Shown here: in pieces, positions 12,612 to 23,934 of the stretch
How positions within the stretch are numbered: position 1 is the first letter of the stretch
Layout of the letters: each line of letters starts with the position of its first letter
NCBI GenBank assembly: GCA_964057225.1
Contig: OZ059896.1
Coordinates: 12,524,001-12,588,000 of the forward strand
Origin: Auanema rhodensis
Lineage: Eukaryota; Animalia; Nematoda
DNA length: 64,000 nucleotides
Direction: 5' to 3'
Program-made: the position numbers and the translations under genes
Notes under the pieces: generated by a model
Told to the model about the DNA's origin: nothing
The model's database searches: none
Seen by the model: only the letters and a program-made list of their open reading frames with translations

Positions 12612-13204
12612 GTTTTTTTGAAAGTTTAAATAAAAATAGTTTTAAGAATATATATGAATTGTTTCAACTTTTGCTTATAATTTTTATGTGTTTTTGTTTG
12701 TTATAGTCGTTATTTTTTATTTAATTGAAATGGTTACAAATATATGTTTAGTTCGTTACAAAACTATTAGAAAAATACAAAATAATTAAATGTTTCAGTT
12801 TTTGAGCATCAAAATTTTTTTTAATGTTTAGAAATTTAATAAATACAAATTAAATAGTGGTAGAAATTTAAAATTGTTTAAAATATGGAATTAATTAAAA
12901 GGGATGGAGTGAAATGGTTCAAAAAATATAAAACATTTAAATGTTTCAATTTTTGTATATCAAAATATTCAAATTCGAATGTATTTTAATGATTAAAAAT
13001 TTAATAAATAATATTATGGCATGGATTTGGAATAAGATTCAATTGTATTCATTACTTTAACATATTATTTTTCAAAAAGCCTCCAAATGTCAAATGATTT
13101 GTTCAAAAATAACTGGCAAAATTCAAAATTGTTCAAGATATGTAATCAAATAAAAGATATAGAGTAAAAAGAATTGTAACATGAAAAAAAAGGAAAAGCT
13201 CGTA

Positions 13205-14543
13205 CCTTTAATCGACAAATATTGTTGGAGGATGAACCGCTTTCTAATTGTTCTTTGCTAGTTGATGGCATCTCGGGATTCCATTTTCTGGAAAAAAAAT
13301 TTCATGCTTCTTCAGCTGGACCAGAAAGTCTGTCGAGCAAAATGGAAAAATTTTCAATCTCTGACGAGGGTTAAACATCAATAACTGCTGTGAGTATTGA
13401 TGTTTGTACAGTAGGTGGGGATCGAAGATTGTCGTGCTATGTTCTGTTGCATAGTTGACCAATGATCGGGAGCATTGTTTGTATGTTGTTCGACTGTAAT
13501 TGGTCGAGAATCGTAGTGCGCGTGTCTCAATGGTGAGAAAGCTTTCCGCTTATTAGCTGCTCCAAGTGGGGTTCCAACATTGTCAGCATCAGCTTTAGCT
13601 CTTTCCAAGCTATTAGAACCAGTACTCAGATTGTTAAAAGAATGAACAAGATTATTTTCTGATATCGGCATTAGGTCATCGTTCAACAGAGTGGAGTTAC
13701 TGTTTGGTTCAAGCATTGAAATATCGTGCTGAGGAGATGCGATCATAACGTCACTATTGTTCGCTCGAGTAGTGTACACTCGTTTTTGAGTAGGTTGTCT
13801 TTGTGTGAAACCGATTTCATCAGAACTTGTACTTTGTGTTCTGTGTCGTCGTGTTCTATCTGGTGTGATGCTCAAATGTCTTCGTATTCCAGAAAAGAAA
13901 CTCATCTCTAAGTTTTTTCTGGAGTATTTAATTCTGTTCATGTCATTTTGCAATGTTGTTGAGTCATGTATTGTAGAGTCAAATGAACTCTGATGGTCAT
14001 CGAGTTCATCTAGGCGAAGTTGGATAAGTTGAGTATTTCCTCAACTTCGCCTGTGTTCACCATGAGATCTCTCTCACCGCAATAGTCCAAAATGCCCTTG
14101 ATCAGTTTGGTGACAAGTTTGTCGATTTCATGAGCTTTCATGGTCTTATGGGCTTGAGGGTGTTTGGCCAACATCCTTTTATAGCTAACTTGGTAAAATT
14201 CCAACCAAGTTGCTGGGTAGTCCACATGGGTGCGTTCCTCGAGCATCACTCGATGTTCGTCTAACTGATCTCGTAGTGATCGGAAGACGTCGCCAACCCG
14301 GATGGCTTTATAATATATACGCATCAAGCTAGGCTTGCGCGTATGTATAAACTCTCGACATCTGTCGATGTCATCAACCGGGGGGAAGATGAATGCTTGA
14401 TGGTACGGGAGGATGTCCTCCTTTACCGTGTTGAACAACTTCAACGCGTGAGTTATATTTCTTTTTAAACAACTTAACTGTCTTGCTAAGGCAGTCAGGT
14501 TACGAGTTTCCTTTTCCGATGGAGAAGAGGGACTCATAATCAT
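13205..14543 (-). pseudogene. Unknown protein, frameshifted (ORFs 14010-14543, 13378-13953, 13244-13462)
   Basis: Consecutive same-strand ORFs with coding-like GC content in AT-rich flanks; helical N-terminus and Ser/Thr/Asn-rich middle; no family recognised. Confidence 0.5.
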
Positions 14544-14912
14544 TTTTTTTGAAGAGAAATATTAATGTTCAAGTTAATTTTCTGTTTAATATAGTTAATT
14601 TGTTTATTGATTATTGAAAATCAACTGAATTAAAGTCCGAATATAATAGTTGTCGATAGAAGGAATAACAATATAAATATGAGAAAAAATGTGAAGATAA
14701 GAAAAGATGTGCAAGTAATATGGATAAGCAAATAGTTTACTATTAGAAAGTACAATGAATATTTAGTTGAATATTTGTTAACAGTTTTTTTTTGGAGTGT
14801 TATACTGTTCCTTTGTTTGTGTAGTTGTTACTGTTTCGTTAAATTACATGTGTGGAGTATTTTGTGAAAAAATGTATGTTTTATCTTTTGAGTATATATA
14901 TATATATATATT

Positions 14913-15665
14913 ATACTTGGGCAACGATACAATACATTTCGATACGATTTCGATAATTATCGATAATTTGAATATCGTTATCGATTAATTTGAATTAACG
15001 ACACACTGTTTTTACCAAAAGTCGATAATTTGAATATTCGATAAGGTATGAATAAATCCTAAAAAATCCTAAAATCTCAAAATCATAAATATTGATTTTT
15101 TTTTAATTTTTGAGTGTTTTTATTTTCTCTTTTTTTTGTTTTTTTTTAATAATGGTGAAATGTTGGGTATATTTTAAAAGAGAAAATATTGGTGGTATAA
15201 ACTATGCCAAATGTAAAAATTGCGGTAAACGTTATAAGTATTCGGGATCTACAACTGTACTGACTTCTCATAATAAGAAGTGTACAATAGTTAAATAGCC
15301 TGCTAGTTCTGCTTCCTCTGAAGTTTTATCCGTTTCTTCCTATTTCCATAAGCCTATATCTGCCTCCATTAACAATAAACTAATGAAAAACCTATTAATC
15401 TTCTTCTGCACTTCGCATATTCCGCCACGGTGTATTGAAAACTCGGCTTTCGCATCATTTTTAAAACTTTTGAACCCCTGTTACCATCTGCCAAGCAGAC
15501 GCCAACTGATGAGGCAAATCCATGAGACAGCAAATGGTGAGTTAAGTGTATTATTAGTTACAATTATACTTTTTTTTAGAAATAAATTTAAAAAATATGG
15601 AACTAATGGAGACCGCAAAATCAATTTGTCTTAGTTGTGATTGCTGGTCAAGCACAAATGCAGGT
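14913..15665 (+). mobile_element. Second hAT-like transposon remnant (5' end, BED finger, truncated)
   Basis: Subterminal CGATA/TATCG repeats after a (TA)n tract; CWVYF..AKCKNC..YSGSTTVLTSH..KC; IPPRCIENSAF..LNPCYHLPSR; SLSCDCWS-like first catalytic Asp. Confidence 0.75.
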
Positions 15666-15670
15666 AAGTT

Positions 15671-17182
15671 TAATTTGCAATTGTAATTTGAAAAAAAATT
15701 AATTTGAATTGTTTTTGTTATATGCGCAAGAACATTCTTTCCAACCTAATATATTCGGCTTTCATTCTAGCAGTACAATAGTAATGCTTTGGTGGCAAGA
15801 ATGGTAGCACTTTGCCATCATTTATTAGAACATTATAGAGGTATGGAAATTGTCCTTTACTCATATCAGGTACACCAAATGCTTTGGGTAACGCTGATAA
15901 GGGTAAGGGCACTAATAAACAACTATCTTTAAAATATAAATGATTAATATTTTGATCTTTTGAAGGCTGGGGTCAGGATATATTCCACGATGTATAAGTC
16001 TAGATACCAAAAAATGTATGTCAAAGCGCGAACCATTATGCGCAATCAAAATTGCATTATCATTTTCAAAAAAGTTGAGTAACCAATCAAGGAAACGATC
16101 TGTTATAGACCATTCATTATCTCCTTGCTGGTACCAAAAATGGCCCTACTGGGTTGTACATTTTTCACATATATTAGAATCTATACAACTTTCACAAAAC
16201 TTTTCATATACAACCATATTGGGCCATTGTTTGCTTAAAACTCAACAATGCTTCGATAGGCATTTGCGAAAAGCCTGCCGAAAATTTAAGGTATTTTATG
16301 AACATTTTAAGTTGTACATAACAAGCTTAAATCCAGACATGTGTGGCGCGTGATCACTATCACATGGTCCGTGCTGATAGACCGCACAAGTGCAATGAGA
16401 AATTTTGCAAAAAGTGTGATCAGACAAAGCCTGAAGATCACTCTTGTTGTTGGGTTCCACCTAACAACAACAAGAAGGATCACTTAAAAAAGAAGCAAGA
16501 AAAGTACAAGGTTTGTAATTGATATTTTTACAAGTGTTATGCTTACTCGTTTAAGAACATATTCTATGACTTTGTTACAGTTGTGTTGATAAACGGCACA
16601 AATGTCTATGAATATGCAGATGAACAATGGTCCAATATGGTTGTATATGAAAAGTTTTGTGAAAGTTGTATAGATTCTAATATATGTGAAAAATGTACAA
16701 CCCAGGAGGGCCATTTTTGGTACCAGCAAGGAGATAATGAATGGTCTATAACAGATCGTTTCCTTGATTGGTTACTCAACTTTTCTGAAAATGATAATGC
16801 AATGTTGATTGCGCATAATGGTTCGCGCTTTGACATACATTTTTTGGTATCTAGACTTATACATCGTGGAATATATCCTGACCCCAGCCTTTAAAAGATC
16901 AAAATATTAATCATTTATATTTTAAAGATAGTTGTTTATTAGTGCGCTTACCCTTATCAGCGTTACCCAAAGCATTTGGTGTACCTGATATGAGTAAAGG
17001 ACAATTTCCATACCTCTATAATGTTCTAATAAATGATGGCAAAGTGCTACCATTCTTGCCACCAAAGCGTTACTATTGTACTGCTAAAATGAAAGCCGAA
17101 TATATTAGGTTGGAAAGAATGTTCTTGCGCATATAACAAAAAAAATTCAAATTAATTTTTTTTCAAATTACAATTGCTAATT
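15671..17182. repeat. Large inverted duplication (~560 bp arms 15671-16230 and 16623-17182)
   Basis: Mirror ORFs 15718-15912(-) and 16942-17136(+) are nearly identical; each arm includes a mariner ITR. Confidence 0.92.
16480..17100 (+). pseudogene. Protein-primed PolB exonuclease-domain fragment
   Basis: IFYDF (ExoI-like), MLIAHNGSRFDIHFL (ExoII), FKDS..LPLSALPKAFG..KGQFPYLYN. Confidence 0.85.
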
Positions 17183-18203
17183 AATGAAAATTATTCACCG
17201 TTAGCTTCAGTACATTGTTCCCAACGATTGAGCAGAGAATAAATACCTTTTCTATAAAAATCAGGTTTTTTAGTGTTTATAAAGGAGGGTGGGGTAAACA
17301 TTCATAACCTAAATCAAAAATTTTTTTTATTGTTGGTCTTGAGACATGGGGTCTTGCATTATCCTGTAGTATGATAGCCCGTCTCCTATTGATCAGTCCT
17401 GGCTTCAAACTCAATAATTTTTGGTGCATTTTATCAATTTCTTGGCAGTACGATTCCGCATTTATTGTATCATTGAGCTGTAAAAACTCATAATGAATTA
17501 TTCCTGTTGAACATCACCAAACAGTTAACATAACTTTCGAATATGTTAAAGCTGGTTTTGGAAAGTGTCTAGGAGTTTCCTTGTTGTCCATCCAGTGAGC
17601 TCGTTTCTCATGATCGTTTATCATTATTGTAAAAGACCTATTTTTTTGTCACAAGTAATAAGCCTCCAAAAGTTTATTGGGCACCTATTTATCCAATTTT
17701 TTCACTTTTTCGAGTTTTTTCAAATGAGTTAATACAGTTGTATGACTCACTGAAAGTTCGTCGGCAAGGTTTTTTGAGCTTATACTCGTATCCTTTTCCA
17801 AAAATTCGTCTAATGCTGAATCATCCAACGTCGTAGTTCTTTCGTTTTTGGCTTGATCTTCTAAGTTCTCATCACCGTTACGGAATTTTTTGAACCAAAA
17901 TTGAACAGTCCTTGAATTGGTTGTTCCAAATCCGAAAGCACGGTTGATGTTGTTGGTTGCTTCAGAAGTTGTGTGCCCTGACTTAAATTCGTACAAAAAA
18001 AGGGTTCTCAATTGGGATTTTTGCATCATTGATCTATAATTTTTAAATTAGTAATTATATTGTCATTTCATAAAAATAAGTGAAAAACTATCTGCTTTAT
18101 CATATAAAACTTATATATTTATTATTTTTGTTTTTAGCGCCCAGATAATTCAAATTGTTCAGATGAGCGTGAAGAATGCGCAAGAACATTCTTTCCAACC
18201 TAA
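17105..18203 (-). mobile_element. Mariner element 1, internally deleted
   Basis: ITRs TTAGGTTGGAAAGAATGTTCTTGCGCA at both ends, TA flanks; HTH ORF 17685-18029 stops at the WVP motif; residual DNARPH. Confidence 0.92.
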
Positions 18204-18237
18204 TATATATATATATATTATGAAAGCCGAAAATATA

Positions 18238-19045
18238 TTAGGTGTGTAAGTTGAAACGCGGCCATAGTGTGTTATGTCAAAAAAATCAAAAAAACTGTTA
18301 CAAAAGAAAAGAATTTATTTTTGAAAATATTTTCCCTCGCTTTCTATCACTTTCTCCCATCTCTTCTTCAAATTTCTTACTCCATTCCTGAAAAATGTTT
18401 TAGATTTAGAATCGAAAAAATTTTTAACGAATAGTTCAACTTCTCCTAAAGTTTTGAAGCTTTCCCCTCTCAATCTATGCTCCATTGACCTGAACAGATG
18501 ATAATCTGTTGGGGCAAGGTCTGGAGAGTAAGGGGGATGCTTCAAAACTTCCCAATCCAGCTCCTGAAGCGTTTGTTGTGCCTTCGCACAACAGTGAGGG
18601 CGCGCGTTGTCGTGTAACAACGTCACGCGCCTGCTTCTGAGCTCCTCTCGAGCTTCAATGGCAACATTGAGCCGTCTGAGTTGCTCAGAATAAAACTCTC
18701 CATCTATGGTTCTACCGTAAGGTAAAAGCTCATAGTGGAGAACTCCGTTTTCATTCCAGAAAACAGACAAAAGAGCTTTTTTCGCCGTTTGTGGGTTCGC
18801 CTTTCGAGTCATAGAAACTTCCTCTCCTGGGCTAACCCAAAACTTTGGCCGGGCTGAATTAGAGTAGAGAATCCACTTTTCATCTCCAGTCACTAACCTT
18901 TTAAAAAAACCCCTTCTTCGGCTCAAACTCAGAAGATTTTGAGCTGAATCAACTCTTGTTCTGAGATTGCTCTCAGACAGGAGATGCGGGGAAAATGGAG
19001 AAAATTTATGAATTTTCCCCATTTTTTTAAGCCGATGTGAAATAT
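18238..19045 (-). mobile_element. Mariner element 2, 5'-truncated; DD34D catalytic domain ORF 18315-19022
   Basis: VTGDEKW, LLHDNARPH, HPPYSPDLAPTDYHLF; one ITR TTAGGTGTGTAAG after TA. Confidence 0.92.
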
Positions 19046-19190
19046 TATTTCAATATTAAATACAATTTCAACAATAATTTCAATTTGTGGAAAAGAAAAT
19101 GAGGAAACAGAACAAGGAGTTTTGGCGCAAGAAGACAAAAAGTTGAAATTTGACAAAATACGACCACTCATTAAACAAGCACTTTAAACA

Positions 19191-19862
19191 CTAAACATTT
19201 CTGGCAACATAAACAATAGGGTTCTCCGCTGTTATATCAGATAGTATACGCTGCTTCTCACTTGTTAAAGAATGATTGTCAATCAGTAAATGACTATAGG
19301 GAGTAGACATTGCATCATCATACGCCTCTAGAGCATTTTTAAAACGTGGCCCAAATAATTGCTGCAGACAATTACGTATTTGTAATATATCTGAATGACT
19401 TTTCATCAGTATTATATATGTACTATTGATTCGACTGGTCCTGTCCAGTTGAAATGCCGCTTGCACAAGATTAAACACTGCCAAATTCCAGTGATGAGCC
19501 CATACTGTAAAAATGTTGTTGAGTAATTCCTTTGCTGCTTTATTCGATGAAAAAAAGTTCATCAAATCATCCAGCACTAGTATAGTATTTACTCCCTTTT
19601 GTTCTTTTATCTAATCAGGATCAGGAGGCTCTTGAATAAATATTAAACGCTCATCATTTATTGGTACACCTGACGATGACCCACATTGACTGAACCAGAA
19701 TATTCTATCAATGGGGACTTTGAAAAACTTTTCAGTATTTTCACATATGTGCTTTATGAGGGTTGTTTTACCGCATTGGGTAGCACCTATTACAGTTGTC
19801 TGACTGGGTAGTTTGAAGCTGAAAACCATAATCAACCACTCGTAAATGTACCTAAAATGCAA
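19191..19862 (-). pseudogene. Maverick packaging ATPase (A32/FtsK-like) with one in-frame stop at 19611
   Basis: Walker A GATQCGKT, Walker B LVLDDLM, HHWN..VQ, RINSTY, PYSHLLID. Confidence 0.9.
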
Positions 19863-19908
19863 ATGATTTCATTTGCAATAGTGTACACGTATCAAGTGGT
19901 GGTTTGTC

Positions 19909-20766
19909 ATGGATGATTTTTACATTACTCTTCCATCATCAGTTGACTCTGAAAAAAGTAATACATCATCAGTGTTTCTTACCAGATTACCTGAAACACT
20001 AAGGCTACGCAATAATAGATATTGCATTGGGCTGACAGACATCATTTTTCCTTGTTCTATATTAAATGTTCAAAAAGATTTATCTTATACACTACGTTTT
20101 TCCAATAGAAAATTTATTCTACACTTGCCTGAAGGCAACTATGCAAATGGTGATGAAATAATACGCGGAATCAATGCTGGAAGAGAATCATTTATCGCCA
20201 ACAATACAAAGCCTCTTGGAGCTGAGGAAAAAGCACGTATAAAAAGTTTAATAGATAAAGATGAAGATGTAAAAAAGTGGTGTAATAATCGCCAGGCTGA
20301 GGCTAAGCTAGTGGAGGAAGTGCTTGCAGATGCCACATTTCAGTTTAACAAAACATTGCAGCGCATAGAGTTTGTAACAAGCAAGCGACTATTAATGAAT
20401 GCAACGCTTGGTGATGATTTTGCATATTTTCTTGGTTTTGAAAATAAAAACATCAACGATACAATAATAGCCAGGCGTCCCATTGATTTTTCAAATAACA
20501 TTAATACAATGTATATATATTGTGATATTGTAGAATATTCCATTCTTGGTAATGTGAAAGCTAATTTACTTGCATGTTTACCTGTACCACCTCCTACTGA
20601 ATTTGGTAAAATGATTGCCAAAACATTTAATCCTATTCGTTATGTACCAATCACTAGACAAACACTCGATACCATACGTATTGAAATTTTAGATGAATTT
20701 GGTCGTCCTATGCAATTTAATTATGGTTCTACAGTTGTTACATTGCATGTTAAAAATATGAAATAA
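19909..20766 (+). CDS. Maverick minor capsid protein (penton)
   Basis: FYITLPS N-terminus; YIYCDIV..G...NLL..P; YVP..DTIRIEILDEFGRP.F..G...VTLH C-terminus. Confidence 0.85.
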   Translation: MDDFYITLPSSVDSEKSNTSSVFLTRLPETLRLRNNRYCIGLTDIIFPCSILNVQKDLSYTLRFSNRKFILHLPEGNYANGDEIIRGINAGRESFIANNTKPLGAEEKARIKSLIDKDEDVKKWCNNRQAEAKLVEEVLADATFQFNKTLQRIEFVTSKRLLMNATLGDDFAYFLGFENKNINDTIIARRPIDFSNNINTMYIYCDIVEYSILGNVKANLLACLPVPPPTEFGKMIAKTFNPIRYVPITRQTLDTIRIEILDEFGRPMQFNYGSTVVTLHVKNMK

Positions 20767-20771
20767 ACGCT

Positions 20772-21266
20772 TTATTCAACAGTTATACAATACCACATTT
20801 TTATTTTCGAAGGTTTAAAAGATAGTTTAGGGCAGTTTTGTTTGTCGCTCGGCTCGTGTTGTGAATGTTCTCCGTCACTATTGCTGCGGCATCTTTTTGA
20901 TTGGGTTGAATGTACAAACTCCTCAGCTTTTTCAAAGGGTTTGCTGGTATCATTTCCATCACCATCTTCACCATTCGTTCCATTATTATTATGAATACGC
21001 CGAATATGACGCTCACAATTGAATCTTGTTCCAAAAGTTTCACTACAATGAGGGCACAAACGTCTACGAGCACCATCCAAATGTCCATATTTTTGAATAA
21101 AGTCAGCATTGCTGATATAATTGTTACATATGGGTTGAATCCCTGCATGTCTTTTCAAAACGTGATCACTAAAATGCTTGGTTGAAGAAAATATTTCCTT
21201 GCATGTACCACAATATTTGTTACATAAAAGTTCCATTAGATTAAAATGAAAAACGACCACACGCAA
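20772..21266 (-). CDS. C2H2 zinc-finger protein (two fingers), Maverick accessory gene
   Basis: CGTCKEIF....HFSDHVLKRH and CPHCSETF....NCERHIRRIH. Confidence 0.7.
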   Translation of the reverse strand: MRVVVFHFNLMELLCNKYCGTCKEIFSSTKHFSDHVLKRHAGIQPICNNYISNADFIQKYGHLDGARRRLCPHCSETFGTRFNCERHIRRIHNNNGTNGEDGDGNDTSKPFEKAEEFVHSTQSKRCRSNSDGEHSQHEPSDKQNCPKLSFKPSKIKMWYCITVE

Positions 21267-21489
21267 TCAACCCACTTTCATATAATGAGCAATAATATGA
21301 CTAGTGTTATACAAAAGCCCAATCCCAATGCTATACCTTTAATAAATGGCACTGAAATACATTTCAACATTCTCCTGTATAAAGGCGCTGGTTTAGATTG
21401 CTCCAACGTGTATTTGACACATAATTCACAGTGACAAGGAATATTCATAACTGATCACGTAATGTAGCAGGTTATTAATGACAAATTTC

Positions 21490-21957
21490 TTATATAGTAG
21501 CCAATTTATAGTCGAATACTTTATGCATAAACGCTTTAATAAAGACATCATCATTTTTCAATAGTTTAAAAAATGAACAAATGCTTTCAAATGAATTACC
21601 AGCCGACAACATTAGTATTACAAATACCACGTAGCCACCACAAGTGTATTCAATTATACGTTGTGGTTTGCAAGTATTAATTTTTACCTTTTTATATTTG
21701 GCCAGATAATTTTGAATGTACTTGTTCATTTTATATCCCAAGCTACAGAAAAAATAGGCTTGCTTGTTACGGACAAAGATGACCTGCCAATGTGTGCCTG
21801 GCTTATCATGTGTGTCAGTATTTACGACAAGTGCAAAGTTTTTTTTAGTTTTTTTTTTTCGCGTTTTGGGTAGAGTATCAGCGCTATATACACCGAGGAA
21901 TAGTTTCCGAGTGCTGGGGACAGATTGCAATAGTGAAACTATTTCAGACGAATACAT
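21490..21957 (-). CDS. Maverick adenain-like cysteine protease
   Basis: FLGVYSAD, VNTD...PGTHW, Q......CGGY; likely start at MYSSEI. Confidence 0.9.
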   Translation of the reverse strand: MYSSEIVSLLQSVPSTRKLFLGVYSADTLPKTRKKKTKKNFALVVNTDTHDKPGTHWQVIFVRNKQAYFFCSLGYKMNKYIQNYLAKYKKVKINTCKPQRIIEYTCGGYVVFVILMLSAGNSFESICSFFKLLKNDDVFIKAFMHKVFDYKLATI

Positions 21958-21996
21958 TTTAGTAGAATGATCTAGTGTAACTTTTGTATTGCGCGC

Positions 21997-22419
21997 GTGC
22001 GGTTCGATATGCCGCACCTCCTTTTGGATGTCAACTCTATTCAATGGACAACACTTTTAAATCAACAAATGGGTGGCGCCCCATTTAGCGGAATGATGTT
22101 TCAACGTGGAATGCAGAGGGGTCATGGTTTGGGTGCTATTTTGGCAACTTTGGCATCATTTCTACCACGCATCATTCAATCACCTATAGCCCAAAATCTC
22201 ATCAATGCCGGAAGAAACGCCTTATCCAGTGCTGTAAGCAATAGTCCAGTTGTAAATTCACCTCTTGGCGGACAGTTGCTGAAAACTGGTAATGAAATTG
22301 TCGATGGGGTGCTGAAAGGCGATAATATCAAGGAAACTCTTAAACTCCGGCCGGCAAGCTATACGAGATCTTACCGGCTTGGGCAAACGGCGACGACGCA
22401 AAACCACAAAACCTCATAA
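21997..22419 (+). CDS. Maverick PW-like/core protein (3' end possibly frameshifted)
   Basis: QMGG...QRGMQRGHGLG followed by an amphipathic helix, directly upstream of the capsid gene. Confidence 0.7.
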   Translation: MRFDMPHLLLDVNSIQWTTLLNQQMGGAPFSGMMFQRGMQRGHGLGAILATLASFLPRIIQSPIAQNLINAGRNALSSAVSNSPVVNSPLGGQLLKTGNEIVDGVLKGDNIKETLKLRPASYTRSYRLGQTATTQNHKTS

Positions 22420-22459
22420 GCGGTTGTGCATCACTCGTGAGCGGTCGTTTCACATTTAA

Positions 22460-23794
22460 ATGGCTAAATTGATAGATTCAAAATCAGCACAAGCCCTTTT
22501 ACCTAATATCAACTATGGTGATATACCTGCGTCGGCATTAGGTGTTGAATCCACTCGTACTGTACAAGTCCCTTTGAAAAATACTTTTCTTCCTCAAGGA
22601 CCATGGGAATTTGTTATAGCTCAAAATTCCAAATCATTCCTCAATCTGAGAAGATGTTGGTTGAATGTAAAATTTAAAATTGTAACCACAAACGGTGATC
22701 CAGTACCAGACAACCTTGTTTTTGCACCATGTCAACAATTTGCTGCCAGTTTAATACATTCGTATCATTTGAAAATTGGCGATGTTAGCGTGTATGACTC
22801 TACCGTGAATCATGCCTATAAAACATATATCGAGAATATTTTAATGTATAGCAACGATGTTAAAGAGAGCAAACTTGCCATATCAGGCTATTATGCTGAT
22901 AGATATATAGATAATGCATCCAGTGCTGGATTTAGAACGCGTCAAACGCTTGTAAAAAATGGCATATTGTGTGAGATGGCTGCTCCCGTCAGTATCGACC
23001 TATTTAATCAAGAGCGACTGTTTGTAAACTATTCAAAAATGGAGCTAACTGCATATCCAAACCGTGATAACTTTTTAATTGACACTCTAGGCTGGAATAA
23101 TGAAAACAAGGATACTACATTAAAGGAGGAGTTTCCAAATTTGAAAGTAGATATCAGCGATGTACATTTACTCATTCAAGAGTTTGATCTAAACGCTGGA
23201 TTAGCTATGGCTATAGAAGATAAACTCGCAAGGGATCGAATACACTACCCCATGACATCAGTGAAAATGCGCTCTTATTTCATAGAAGGAGGCCGCTTGG
23301 ATTCACCTAATAATATATTATTCACGTCTCATACACCAAAACGTGTTGTAGTAGGTCTTGTCGGCGCACACGCTTATAATGGTACTTTTAAACATTCGCC
23401 ATTCAACTTTAAACCGTTTGATTTGAAAAATATATACTTGACGCTCAACAATAGGTTAATACCTACCTGTCCTCATAATTTAGAATGGCGATCTTCCTAT
23501 GCCACAGCATATATTGACATGCTGGAAGGTTTGGGACTTGGTCGTACAGATTCATCCAATGGTATTACACCAGCAATGTATAAAGCTGGTTTCACATTTT
23601 TTGTATTTGATATTTTTCCTACTGTGCATTCGTCAGAGTTATTTGATGTTATACGACAAGGTAATGTAGCCTTGAAATTGGAATTTGGTCAACAAACGCC
23701 GCAAGAGGGCTTATATGCAATTGTTTATGCAGAGTATGACTCTATTCTTTCAATTGACAACAATCGTGCTCCATACATTGATACCAGTTTGTAA
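22460..23794 (+). CDS. Maverick major capsid protein (double jelly-roll), intact 444 aa
   Basis: GPWEF, YKTYIE.L.Y, DLFNQER, PKRVVVGLV..AYNG....PFNF, GFTFFVFD, YAEY...ID..R. Confidence 0.92.
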   Translation: MAKLIDSKSAQALLPNINYGDIPASALGVESTRTVQVPLKNTFLPQGPWEFVIAQNSKSFLNLRRCWLNVKFKIVTTNGDPVPDNLVFAPCQQFAASLIHSYHLKIGDVSVYDSTVNHAYKTYIENILMYSNDVKESKLAISGYYADRYIDNASSAGFRTRQTLVKNGILCEMAAPVSIDLFNQERLFVNYSKMELTAYPNRDNFLIDTLGWNNENKDTTLKEEFPNLKVDISDVHLLIQEFDLNAGLAMAIEDKLARDRIHYPMTSVKMRSYFIEGGRLDSPNNILFTSHTPKRVVVGLVGAHAYNGTFKHSPFNFKPFDLKNIYLTLNNRLIPTCPHNLEWRSSYATAYIDMLEGLGLGRTDSSNGITPAMYKAGFTFFVFDIFPTVHSSELFDVIRQGNVALKLEFGQQTPQEGLYAIVYAEYDSILSIDNNRAPYIDTSL

Positions 23795-23934
23795 TGTATG
23801 TAATAAATTCTTTAAAAGATTTAAGAATAAAATTTATTAATACAACTATTTTTAAAAATAAATACATGTACAATGATAAAATTTTATAAATACAAATATA
23901 TACAAGATGATAAAAATTTATAAATTCAAATATA

